Positions 19,906 through 28,245 are shown, counted from the stretch's first letter. The stretch: 64,000 nucleotides of DNA from Candidatus Peribacteria bacterium (GCA_943354505.1 CALRCE010000001.1:15528-79527), one strand, 5' to 3'. The notes: generated by a model from the letters alone, not told the origin. Numbers and translations: made by a program.

Positions 19906-19934
19906 TTGCTTCAAACGAGATTAGACGCTAAACT
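19906..19934 (+). promoter_or_regulatory. candidate promoter (TTGCTT-N17-TAAACT) just downstream of secA
   Basis: -35 at 19906-19911 and -10 at 19929-19934. The -10 box ends 9 nt before ATG 19944. Confidence 0.4.
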
Positions 19935-19943
19935 CAAAGCACT

Positions 19944-20009
19944 ATGTTGAACTTCAACCTCACTGTCAGCAGTAAGAAGCGCACCTCCTTAAGGAAGAAG
20001 GTGATTTAG
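19944..20009 (+). CDS. candidate leaderless 21-codon leader peptide MLNFNLTVSSKKRTSLRKKVI
   Basis: ATG 19944 to TAG 20007-20009. Lys codons (AAG AAG) sit at positions 11-12 and 18-19. The ORF overlaps segments that can pair alternatively with the downstream terminator. Confidence 0.3.
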   Translation: MLNFNLTVSSKKRTSLRKKVI

Positions 20010-20032
20010 TGAAGTTCTGTTCTACCCCTCAC

Positions 20033-20057
20033 CTCCTTCCTCTGAAGGAGTTTTTTT
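20033..20057 (+). terminator. intrinsic terminator (secA terminator and/or attenuator of the ask-like/lysA operon)
   Basis: Stem CUCCUUC/GAAGGAG (20033-20039 / 20044-20050), loop CUCU, T7 run 20051-20057. It lies 19 nt upstream of ATG 20076. Confidence 0.75.
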
Positions 20058-20075
20058 AAAACCTAGCAATGAACA

Positions 20076-21938
20076 ATGACTTATCAAGAACGAACCACTG
20101 ACAAAGCCGACCTCGGTCACCTCGCCCTCGCCCGAACAGAAGTCCTCGCCACCAAAATCGGTGGAGAGAATGCGATGGAGTTCCAAACCAATCTTGCCCG
20201 GGCAAAGGACCGCAAAACGGCGGGCAAAGCCCAAATCATTGTGGTGTCGGCACTACGAACACCTCGCGGAAGTCCAGACCCTTTCAACACCACCGATGAG
20301 CTTCTAAAGCTTAAGGATGCTTTGCGTGCAAAAAATAAAAATTCGGTTCAAGCTCTATTGGAAGGAATTCGCAGCTTTCACGTCAAAGCCATTCGAGAAA
20401 AAGTCGATGATGAAGCTCAAGAAAAACTGCTCAGTGTTTTAGATCAAGAGCTGAGTCGCTTTACAACCTGCATTGAGCCCTTACAAGAAGGAAACGATGA
20501 AGAACTCAGCAAGCTCCAAGGGCTTGGCGAAGATTGGGTCTATTCTTCCCAGGGTTTTCACCAATCCATCACCGGTTTTGGAGAAGAGCTCTGCCGTGCC
20601 CTTTACGCTGCTTATTTTCAGCATCACGGATTGCAAACGAATGACCTGCAAAAAAATGCCCTCACAGAACTGGTCTATGGTGACGATCCTGCTGAGGCCT
20701 TAAGAAATCGCGCTCAACGAGAAACACTAAGGAAAAGCTACGCTCATCAAATAAGAACCACTCTAACAGACGACAGCAGCGCCATCATACTAGAAGGAGG
20801 CCACGCTCCCCTCTTGGGCACTCTGAGAGGATACACCGAGGCCACCACCGCAGAAGCCGCACGTGCCGCAGACCAAGGAGAAGAACTCGTTTTGAATGTG
20901 GAGAAAAAAACGACCATCCAAACAGGAAACGGCGTGAAAGGAGCAACGAGAGTAGAGGTCATGAGCCCCGCATTGATGACCGAATTCATTGGAGCTCGAG
21001 GAGCCGACGCCGGCGTCGTGCAGTCCCAAGTGCCAGGCATTATTCATGGAACCCACATCAGCATCGTGGTTCACGATCCAGACAGACCAGAGATGGGTAG
21101 CACCTACATTCCCTGGAACGCGGGACCAGAAGTGGACGTACAAGAAATTGTCCAACCCAAAAAAGCGAAAACCGTGCTCGAAATTTCTGGAGACATGGCT
21201 GAGAAAAAAGGCGTACTGGCTTTGATCACACACTTTTTAAAGGACTCCAACATCGATCAAACCTTCAGCACCAGAAACACCGTCACCCTAACGTTGGATC
21301 AGGATGTGAGTGAAGCAAAGAAAGCAGCTCTTGAGTTGGCTCTAAGTGAAAAATTTGGAAGCGAATTCAAGGCTCTCAAAAAACCAGCGATGGGCATGAT
21401 CTTCGCTTTGGGCGGAATCAACCGAGAAAAACGACGCTCGGAACAAGGAAAAATCCAAATGGAAAATCGCATTGCCCAGCCTCCTTTTGCCGCTCAGTTA
21501 ATAGAAGGGGGAGAAGAAGGAGAAGCACTCCCATATGCACTCACCATCGATGGACCCATGAGCGATTCACCGGGCGTGTTAGCCGTGATCACGGACGTGC
21601 TGCAAGACTACAACATCGATCAAACCTTCAGCACCGAAACCACATGGACCGTGACTTTGGATCGTCCTTTGAGCGCAGCAAATTCAGCCAGACTTTACGA
21701 TGCACTGAGAGAAAACTTCGGAAACGGTTGGAATTTGACCGATCGTCGTGATTTGAGACTGATGACAAAAACAGAAGATTTCACAGACCACCCTGTTTGG
21801 ACTTTGCTGAACGAACGTGGCATCTCCGTCCACTACATGCATGCAATTCCAGAAAGAGGTGTTACAGTGCTTATGGTCCCTCAAGACCGCATGAAAGAGT
21901 CCGAACAAATCCTTCACGACTTCTACTATGCAGCCTAA
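20076..21938 (+). CDS. divergent aspartate kinase-like protein (amino-acid kinase fold + duplicated ACT-domain pairs)
   Basis: 620 aa. N-terminal KIGGEN...IIVVSAL...TDELL resembles the aspartokinase KFGGTS...VVVSA...TD.L pattern. LRGYTEATTA stands in place of the canonical LGRGGSD.TA. There is a tandem internal repeat GVLALITHFLKDSNIDQTFSTRNTVTLTLDQD / GVLAVITDVLQDYNIDQTFSTETTWTVTLDRP (ACT-like). Confidence 0.55.
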   Translation: MTYQERTTDKADLGHLALARTEVLATKIGGENAMEFQTNLARAKDRKTAGKAQIIVVSALRTPRGSPDPFNTTDELLKLKDALRAKNKNSVQALLEGIRSFHVKAIREKVDDEAQEKLLSVLDQELSRFTTCIEPLQEGNDEELSKLQGLGEDWVYSSQGFHQSITGFGEELCRALYAAYFQHHGLQTNDLQKNALTELVYGDDPAEALRNRAQRETLRKSYAHQIRTTLTDDSSAIILEGGHAPLLGTLRGYTEATTAEAARAADQGEELVLNVEKKTTIQTGNGVKGATRVEVMSPALMTEFIGARGADAGVVQSQVPGIIHGTHISIVVHDPDRPEMGSTYIPWNAGPEVDVQEIVQPKKAKTVLEISGDMAEKKGVLALITHFLKDSNIDQTFSTRNTVTLTLDQDVSEAKKAALELALSEKFGSEFKALKKPAMGMIFALGGINREKRRSEQGKIQMENRIAQPPFAAQLIEGGEEGEALPYALTIDGPMSDSPGVLAVITDVLQDYNIDQTFSTETTWTVTLDRPLSAANSARLYDALRENFGNGWNLTDRRDLRLMTKTEDFTDHPVWTLLNERGISVHYMHAIPERGVTVLMVPQDRMKESEQILHDFYYAA

Positions 21939-23166
21939 CTATTTTTCCATCGCCGAGACATTCGGAACGCCCCTCTATGTTTATGACGAGGCAAAGCTTC
22001 GCGAATTTGCACAAAACACATTGGCATTCAAAGCTCCATTCGGACTCACCGTTCGCTACGCCATGAAAGCAAATCCAAACCAAAGTATTCTGCGCCTCTT
22101 CAACGCGATGGGCATTCAAATCGATGCCAGTTCTGCCTACGAAGCACTGCGCGCTATTTCTGCAGGAATCCCCGGCTCCCAAATTTTATTCACCACTCAA
22201 GAACCACCCAAACCAGAAGTGCTAAAACAATTGATAGCCCAAGGCATGGAATTCAACGCCTGTTCCCTCCATCAGTTGGAACTGTATGGTTCGCTCTTTC
22301 CAAACAGTCAAGTGAGCCTGCGCATCAACCCCGGTGAAGGCTCCGGAGAGTTTGCAAAAACCAACGTGGGAGGAAAGAATTCCAGCTTTGGAATTTGGCA
22401 CGAACGTATTCCAGAAGCAAAAGCTTTGTTGAAAAAATACACACTGAGCGTAAAACGCATTCACACACACATTGGAGTCGGGACGGATCCAGAAGCGTGG
22501 CTCAAAGTACTGGAATTCACGCTCCCCCTCTTACTCGAATTCCCAGAAGTTCAGATCCTCAACATGGGGGGTGGATTCAAAGTCGCCCGCATCCCAACCG
22601 AAAAAACAGCGGACCTTCAGGCCATCAGTGCACGAGTGGCTCTAGCCTTGGAAAAATTCGCCCAAGAAACGGGGCGCAAAATCCATTTGGAGATAGAACC
22701 GGGAACTTACTTAGTTGCCAACACATGCAATTTGCTCGGCACTATCGTCGACAAAGTGGACACAGGAAAAGACGGATATGAATTCCTAAAACTCGACTGC
22801 GGTATGACCGAAATCCTACGTCCCTCCTACTATGGAGCTCAGCACACTATGCAGGTAATTTCAAAAAGTCCAAGCACCGCAAAAAAATCGTACGTCGTAG
22901 TCGGTCATTGTTGCGAAAGCGGCGACCTTCTGACTCCTCAACCCGGAAAAGGCGATGAATTGGGCCCTCGTGAACTCGCAGAGGCAAGCATCGGCGACTT
23001 GTTTCTCATCGAAGGCTGCGGTGCCTACTGCGCAGGTATGAGCGCCCTTCACTACAATTCCTATCCAGAAGCAGCCGAACTACTCGTCAAAGAAAATGGC
23101 GAGATCAAACTCATCCGAAAACGAGAGACTTTGAGCGAAGTGAGTCGGAATGAAGTAAGGGACTAG
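21928..23166 (+). CDS. lysA: diaminopimelate decarboxylase (PLP, Orn/DAP/Arg decarboxylase family 2)
   Basis: 412 aa. FGTPLYVYDE, VRYAMKANPN (PLP-Lys), HTHIGVG, NMGGGF, EPGTYLVA, VVGHCCESGDLL. It overlaps the upstream gene by 11 nt. Confidence 0.85.
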   Translation: MQPNYFSIAETFGTPLYVYDEAKLREFAQNTLAFKAPFGLTVRYAMKANPNQSILRLFNAMGIQIDASSAYEALRAISAGIPGSQILFTTQEPPKPEVLKQLIAQGMEFNACSLHQLELYGSLFPNSQVSLRINPGEGSGEFAKTNVGGKNSSFGIWHERIPEAKALLKKYTLSVKRIHTHIGVGTDPEAWLKVLEFTLPLLLEFPEVQILNMGGGFKVARIPTEKTADLQAISARVALALEKFAQETGRKIHLEIEPGTYLVANTCNLLGTIVDKVDTGKDGYEFLKLDCGMTEILRPSYYGAQHTMQVISKSPSTAKKSYVVVGHCCESGDLLTPQPGKGDELGPRELAEASIGDLFLIEGCGAYCAGMSALHYNSYPEAAELLVKENGEIKLIRKRETLSEVSRNEVRD

Positions 23167-23987
23167 CTCTCTTGCTTCAACTTTTCAAGACACGCCAGAA
23201 AAGCAGGTTTTTGTCGCACCCAATCCGATCCATAACGCCCCGCACGAACAGAAGCTTCCACTTCCAAAAAAGCAATCTTATGAAGCTCGCACCATTCTTT
23301 AAAAGTGCCCGTCTGCTCCAAAGCCACCCATTCTTCATTCGAAACAAAAGAGAAACCACTCTGCTTCGAAAAGATTTTAGCCAGCTTTTGTGCGCGTGCA
23401 TCCAAAGACGGCATCACGTCCTCACCCACATTGTGAAGCATGAACAGCACTTCAATTTTTTGTTCCAAGGCAAACTGAGTGAGGGCCTTGGTCTCGGGCT
23501 CACTGCCCCCCTGCTCCCCACAAAAAACCGGCGTTCGTTCTCGATAATTTTTGCCGTGATTCCAATGAGATTCCTTCTTGAAACTAGACACGGGAAAGTT
23601 GCGGTTCAAGTCCACGCCCTTGCCATTGAAGCGCCCTTTTCGTCCACCATGCGCATAGTCGGGATGAGCCAGCGCCTGCGCAAAACCATCGGGGTTGAGA
23701 CAGGGCACAAACCAAAAAGTGAAATCTATAAACTCCTCCGAGTGATCCTTGATCCAAGCGTAGAGGTGAACCAAAGTACGACGCGTCCCCACTTCATTCC
23801 CGTGAATGGCCGCCACAAACAAAACCTTCTTGGCACCCGAGTTGATTCGATACGCCCCAATCCGTCTACCTTCGTGGGAAGTGCCCAAACGCAGGGTCTC
23901 TTCCGCCAAAAGCTCTGGGATAGGCTCCCACTGATCCTTCAAATAACCACGAGCAATTCGATTAAAAGTTTTGAGAAGATTTTTCAT
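23163..23987 (-). CDS. M14-family zinc carboxypeptidase (MpaA / gamma-D-Glu-meso-DAP peptidase-like)
   Basis: 274 aa. Zinc motif AAIHGNEVGT (HxxE), GVDLNRNFP, and LHN as the third ligand region. No signal peptide. Its stop overlaps the lysA stop by 4 nt (CTAG). Confidence 0.8.
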   Translation of the reverse strand: MKNLLKTFNRIARGYLKDQWEPIPELLAEETLRLGTSHEGRRIGAYRINSGAKKVLFVAAIHGNEVGTRRTLVHLYAWIKDHSEEFIDFTFWFVPCLNPDGFAQALAHPDYAHGGRKGRFNGKGVDLNRNFPVSSFKKESHWNHGKNYRERTPVFCGEQGGSEPETKALTQFALEQKIEVLFMLHNVGEDVMPSLDARAQKLAKIFSKQSGFSFVSNEEWVALEQTGTFKEWCELHKIAFLEVEASVRAGRYGSDWVRQKPAFLACLEKLKQES

Positions 23988-23997
23988 AGAAAAAGTG

Positions 23998-24294
23998 TTA
24001 TTTTTTCAAAATTTTCACCTCATTTTCTAAACGCTCATTTAAAAAATCCTTCTGCACTTCCAAATCGTAGTGACTCTGCGCATTCATCCAAAACTGCGGA
24101 CTCATCCCAAAGTATTTCGCAAGCCTCAAGGCCGTATCAGCAGAAACAGCTCTCTTCCCTAGCACGATCTCATTGATGCGCCTTGGGGGAACACTGATGT
24201 CTTTGGCCAACCGGTATTGGCTGAGCCCCAAAGGTTCAAGAAATTCTTCAAGCAAGAGTTCACCAGGATGGATGGGAGGGATGGTTTTCTTCAT
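23998..24294 (-). CDS. higA: HigA-family antitoxin (XRE helix-turn-helix)
   Basis: 98 aa. IHPGELLLEEFLEPLGLSQYRLAKDISVPPRRINEIVLGKRAVSADTALRLAKYFGMSPQFWMNAQ is the classic HigA/VapI pattern. No HigB ORF is present upstream. Confidence 0.85.
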   Translation of the reverse strand: MKKTIPPIHPGELLLEEFLEPLGLSQYRLAKDISVPPRRINEIVLGKRAVSADTALRLAKYFGMSPQFWMNAQSHYDLEVQKDFLNERLENEVKILKK

Positions 24295-24296
24295 AA

Positions 24297-24334
24297 GGAT
24301 CAGTGATCCCAGGAATCATAACGTATAGCGTTAT
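24297..24334 (-). promoter_or_regulatory. two palindromes upstream of higA (candidate operators)
   Basis: GGATCA-G-TGATCC at 24297-24309 (2 nt from the ATG) and ATAACG-N5-CGTTAT at 24318-24334. Confidence 0.3.
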
Positions 24335-24399
24335 TATTGGTCAAGGTACGTGGAAACACACACCATAGCTAGCTGGTCGTACTGAATTTCACACGAAGC

Positions 24400-24428
24400 T
24401 TGCAATTTTCACAAGCACTACATAAAAT
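24400..24428 (+). promoter_or_regulatory. candidate promoter TTGCAA-N17-TAAAAT inside the toxin-antitoxin spacer, opposite strand
   Basis: -35 at 24400-24405, 17-nt spacer, -10 at 24423-24428. Confidence 0.5.
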
Positions 24429-24434
24429 ACAAAC

Positions 24435-24486
24435 ACAATGGCCATCGGCCAACTGAGGAGCCTCTGAAAAGGGGCTCCGTTTTTTT
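24435..24486 (+). ncRNA. candidate ~50-nt small transcript (contains 9-codon ORF MAIGQLRSL) ending at an intrinsic terminator
   Basis: The predicted TSS is about 24435. The terminator stem GGAGCCUC/GGGGCUCC spans 24457-24478, followed by a GT7 tail to 24486 that overlaps the stop codon of the convergent toxin gene. The micro-ORF is 24438-24467, and its stop lies inside the hairpin. Confidence 0.35.
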
Positions 24487-24877
24487 AATTCAAAACAAGA
24501 CCAATGATTTTATCTTGAACTCTTGCATACTCATCCAAGCTGATCTTTCTAACATACCTAAGAAATCGCTTAACACTCACTAATCGCAGTTGTGAAAGAA
24601 TAAGCACAGACCTTTTATTGTCGTAAGAAAGTGTATGATAATACTTTCCCTCCTTCAGATGACTCGTCATAGGTAAAACCCAAGCAAGCTTTTCATTGAA
24701 TTTTTTAAAAACTAAGACTGGCCTTTCAAAAAACCAGTTCTTGCCACTTTGTTCTTGGCCTAAGTTTTGCCCCAAGCTACACCACCAAATTTCACGTTCG
24801 TGAAAAGGCAAGGTCTCACAACCGTACTCTTCAAGATACTTCTTTCGCCGATTCCAACCATCAAAATCTTTTTGCAT
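24485..24877 (-). CDS. PemK/MazF-family toxin (long N-terminal variant), no cognate MazE-like ORF upstream
   Basis: 130 aa. DGWNRRKKYL...EREIWWCSLGQNLGQEQSGKNWFFERPVLVFKKF...LPMTS...SVLILSQLRLVSVKRF matches the MazF/PemK pattern (G.iww...G.E..G....RPvLV...P.TS...Q.R..s..R). Confidence 0.75.
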   Translation of the reverse strand: MQKDFDGWNRRKKYLEEYGCETLPFHEREIWWCSLGQNLGQEQSGKNWFFERPVLVFKKFNEKLAWVLPMTSHLKEGKYYHTLSYDNKRSVLILSQLRLVSVKRFLRYVRKISLDEYARVQDKIIGLVLN

Positions 24878-24972
24878 AATCCTTATTGTACGCAGAAAGA
24901 CCTGAATCGCAGATTCATGCAGACGGGCACCATCGAAGATGGTCGTGCTGACATTTCTCTGAAATATTTCAG

Positions 24973-27219
24973 CTACTCCTCCCTCACATAAACCTCTCTC
25001 GGTTTACTGCCCTGGGCAGGACCGATGTAGCCGGCTTCTTCGAGCATGTCGATGATGCGGGCGGCGCGCGAGTAACCGATGCGCAGATAGCGTTGCAAAG
25101 ACGAAGTAGAAGCTGCCTTGCGGTTCTTCTTTAAACAGTCGAGCGCCGCCTCCATGAGTTCTTCATCGGACTTGGCTTCGTCGGGTGCATTGGGCACGCC
25201 TTGCACCGGCTGTCTAGCCACTTCCTTGGACGTGATGTCGTGAGAAAAGTCAGGACCTTCACTCGTGAGTTTGAGACGATTCGTCACGCGTTCAATTTCT
25301 TTGGATGAGACATAAATTCCTTGGATACGAATCGGCTTACCCATGGTTCCAGACAAGTAAAGCATGTCTCCATTCCCCAATAAATCTTCAGCCCCAATGC
25401 CATCCAAAATCGTGCGAGAGTCCACATTCGAAGCCACCGTGAACGCGATGCGCGCCGGAATATTCGCCTTAATGAGCCCCGTAATAACGTCGACCGAAGG
25501 CCGCTGAGTGGCGACAATCAAATGCATTCCCACGGCGCGCGCCATTTGGGCAATACGACAAATCGACGCCTCGACTTCCTTCTGCGCGGTCATCATCAAA
25601 TCCGCCAACTCATCGATCACCACCACGATCTTCGGCATTTTTTCGGCGGTCTTTTTATCGGCGTTGTAGTCGGCAATGTTCCGGTGCCCGGCGTCCGCAC
25701 AGACTTTGTAACGACGATTCATTTCCGCCACCGCCCAACGAAGTGCCGTCGCTGCTTTTTCAGGATCCGTGATCACCGGTGTGAGCAAATGAGGCAAGCC
25801 ATTGTAGGTCGAAAGTTCGACTTGCTTGGGATCAATCATGATGAATTTGAGTTCGCGAGGAGAGTTGTTGTAGAGCAAAGACAAAAGGAAGCTATTGAGT
25901 CCCACGGACTTTCCAGACCCGGTCGCTCCGGCGATCAAAAGGTGCGGCATTTTGGCCAAATCCGCCACCATGGACTTTCCAGAAACATCCCGACCGAGCG
26001 CAATTTTCAACTTCGATTTTTCAGAAATAAAATCTTGAGTCTCCATCATTTCACGCAAGTGCACCGTAGAGCGGGTGGAACTTGGAATCTCAATTCCCAC
26101 CAAAGATTTGCCTGGGATCGGAGCTTCAATACGAACCGCCGGAGCCGCAAGCGCCAAAGCAATGTCGTTCTTGAGCGACATGATTTTAGACAGCTTCACT
26201 CCATCGGCGGGCTTGAGTGTGTATTGAATAACAGTGGGCCCCACGTGCACTTCTTGCATGCTCACTGCAATACCAAACTGTTCCAACTTCGCTTTGATGA
26301 GATCCGCTTTCCGCTTCAAATCAACTTGATTCACGGTAGCCGCTTCCTTACTGGCTTCGAGCAAATCCATGGAAGGATAAGCCCACTCTCCAGTCTCTTC
26401 TTCCTCCGTCACCGCTTGATCCACCATCACAATTTCCCCATCGGGAACTTCTTGTTTTTTAGCTTTGGGATGAACCACTTTCGCTTCTTCAAGGTCCTCG
26501 TCTTCGTCCTCTTTGGCCAAACGCGCTTCCACTTCTTTGATGTTCATTTCTCTCAAAGTCAGGGCCTGACTTTCATCACGAGTGGGCTCATCCAGCTTCA
26601 CAATCTTGATCTCGTCTTCTTCACCGGTTCTGTCGATGGTTACAAATTCCGGTGTCGCCACTTCAATCACTTTCTTCATCATTTTTCTGGAAGGCACAAA
26701 GGCACGCACAATGTCGGCCAAACTCACTTGAACCGTGAGCAAAAGTCCCACCAAAAAAGTAGCAGCCAAAAGCACGTGAGCTCCCACCCTGCCAAACGCC
26801 GCAGTCAAAATAAAACTCGAAACAAATCCAATGTAACCTCCCGCTTCCCCACGCTGAGCCGCCTCCAAAAGCTCCGTTTCAGGAACACCCATGTGCACAA
26901 AACCCAAAATCGCAGAAGCCAAAAGAAAGACCCCCGTCATGCGAGCCAAGCCCCATTCAATTTTTTTGGAAAGAAACACCGAAGCACCCATGAAGAGCAG
27001 CACAAAGGGAACCGTGGACATGCCCACTCCAAAGACCGGCTTTAAAAAGGACACCCACAGGTCTCCCAAAAAGCCCAACTGTTGATTGAGCGAGAGCCAA
27101 GTTAAAGCTGCAAAAGAAAGGTAAACCACCGCCCAAATTTCACGAACGATGTGGGTTTCCACCTCAAACTTGAGCTTGGAATCCTTTTTGCGATACTGAC
27201 GTTTGCGACGTTTAACCAT
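24973..27219 (-). CDS. ftsK: DNA translocase FtsK/SpoIIIE
   Basis: N-terminal TM helices, Walker A IAGATGSGKS, Walker B VVVIDELADL, and the C-terminal gamma winged helix SLQRYLRIGYSRAARIIDMLEEAGYIG. The track start at 27282 would overlap the divergent gene, so I prefer ATG 27219 (MVKRRKRQYRKK...). Confidence 0.95.
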   Translation of the reverse strand: MVKRRKRQYRKKDSKLKFEVETHIVREIWAVVYLSFAALTWLSLNQQLGFLGDLWVSFLKPVFGVGMSTVPFVLLFMGASVFLSKKIEWGLARMTGVFLLASAILGFVHMGVPETELLEAAQRGEAGGYIGFVSSFILTAAFGRVGAHVLLAATFLVGLLLTVQVSLADIVRAFVPSRKMMKKVIEVATPEFVTIDRTGEEDEIKIVKLDEPTRDESQALTLREMNIKEVEARLAKEDEDEDLEEAKVVHPKAKKQEVPDGEIVMVDQAVTEEEETGEWAYPSMDLLEASKEAATVNQVDLKRKADLIKAKLEQFGIAVSMQEVHVGPTVIQYTLKPADGVKLSKIMSLKNDIALALAAPAVRIEAPIPGKSLVGIEIPSSTRSTVHLREMMETQDFISEKSKLKIALGRDVSGKSMVADLAKMPHLLIAGATGSGKSVGLNSFLLSLLYNNSPRELKFIMIDPKQVELSTYNGLPHLLTPVITDPEKAATALRWAVAEMNRRYKVCADAGHRNIADYNADKKTAEKMPKIVVVIDELADLMMTAQKEVEASICRIAQMARAVGMHLIVATQRPSVDVITGLIKANIPARIAFTVASNVDSRTILDGIGAEDLLGNGDMLYLSGTMGKPIRIQGIYVSSKEIERVTNRLKLTSEGPDFSHDITSKEVARQPVQGVPNAPDEAKSDEELMEAALDCLKKNRKAASTSSLQRYLRIGYSRAARIIDMLEEAGYIGPAQGSKPREVYVREE

Positions 27220-27272
27220 AGAAAAGTAGACAAAGGGTAGCAGAAAAACGAGCCCTTCGCTAGACTCAAAAC

Positions 27273-28187
27273 ATGAAAGCAAAAACGCCTCTTTGGCCTC
27301 GCCTCTTCCTGGCCACCGCCTTCCTCATCCAAAGCTTTGTGGCCTTGGGGGGATTGTATTGGTTTTTCGAGCTGTTCACGCACTACGCTCCTTACTACGT
27401 GCTCATCGCCTTTGTATTCGCCGGCTACCACTTGTTCAAAAAACAATGGCTCTGGTCTCTGTGCTGGATCTGTTTGATGGTCGTGAACCTCATCTCTCTC
27501 TATCCTTACCTCACCACTCAAGCCCCCTCCAACGAAAAAGACCCCATGCTCACCGTGCTGGCTCAAAATGTGTATTACTTGAACACGGACACCTCCGAAT
27601 TTTATAGAAAAGTAGACACCCTTAAACCTGACGTTTTTGTCGTGAACGAAGCCAATGCCATCTGGGGAACGACCCAAAGTGAAGTGCTCCGCGACTATCC
27701 CAACACCGCTCTCACCGAAAAAACGGGCATTCACGGAATCTTCATGGGAAGCCGTATCCCTGGAACTTTCACCGAAATCCCGCTCGGCAATCAAGTGGGC
27801 CTGGAATTCATTCCCGAAGACGGCTCCTATCGCGTGCTCGGCGTTCACCCCGAAGCCCCACTCACGTCCGCCTGGGCCCTAGCTCGCAACGAGCAGTTCG
27901 CCGACCTTGTCGCCTACGCCAATTCCAGCGACTTACCCACCGTCATCATCGGAGACTTCAACTGCACTCCATGGTCTCCTTATTTTAAAAACATGCTCAG
28001 TCAGAGCAATCTGAACGATGCCCGCCTCGGCTTCGGCTTCACCTCAACCTGGAAGGCAAACAGCCTTCTCTTCTGGCTCCCCATCGATCACGCCCTTGTG
28101 AGTCCCAACTGGGACGTCGTGAACTTCGAAGCACTGGCCACTGAAAATTCCGATCACAAAGCAATTGAGGTGCAGCTGAGCTTTTGA
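27273..28187 (+). CDS. membrane-anchored endonuclease/exonuclease/phosphatase (EEP) family protein
   Basis: 304 aa. Three N-terminal TM helices. EEP motifs VVNEAN, VIIGDFNCTPWSPYF, IDHALVS, SDHKAIEVQLSF. Confidence 0.85.
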   Translation: MKAKTPLWPRLFLATAFLIQSFVALGGLYWFFELFTHYAPYYVLIAFVFAGYHLFKKQWLWSLCWICLMVVNLISLYPYLTTQAPSNEKDPMLTVLAQNVYYLNTDTSEFYRKVDTLKPDVFVVNEANAIWGTTQSEVLRDYPNTALTEKTGIHGIFMGSRIPGTFTEIPLGNQVGLEFIPEDGSYRVLGVHPEAPLTSAWALARNEQFADLVAYANSSDLPTVIIGDFNCTPWSPYFKNMLSQSNLNDARLGFGFTSTWKANSLLFWLPIDHALVSPNWDVVNFEALATENSDHKAIEVQLSF

Positions 28188-28206
28188 CGACACTGCATTT
28201 TCCTGC

Positions 28207-28236
28207 TTCACTGAGCACAATTAGAACATTTAAAAT
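28207..28236 (+). promoter_or_regulatory. weak candidate promoter of gltX (TTCACT-N18-TAAAAT)
   Basis: The -10 box at 28231-28236 ends 9 nt before ATG 28246. The -35 box is poor. Confidence 0.3.
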
Positions 28237-28245
28237 CGTCTCTCA

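Noticed and set aside
19898-19914. 17-nt exact repeat TAGCTCTCTTGCTTCAA, found after the secA stop and again at 23164-23180 after the lysA stop
   Set aside because: A rough expectation for a 17-mer match in 64 kb is not negligible (on the order of 0.1-0.3). Similarity ends abruptly on both sides. At 23164 the sequence is simply the C-terminal coding sequence of the M14 gene on the other strand. I treat it as coincidence unless more copies appear genome-wide.
23172-24176. 334-aa plus-strand ORF spanning the M14 peptidase and higA loci
   Set aside because: It overlaps two minus-strand genes that have clear family motifs. It is Ser/Arg/His-rich and low in complexity.
25522-27045. 507-aa ORF antisense to ftsK
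   Set aside because: It is a shadow frame of a clearly conserved gene. It is His/Arg/Phe-rich with no motifs.
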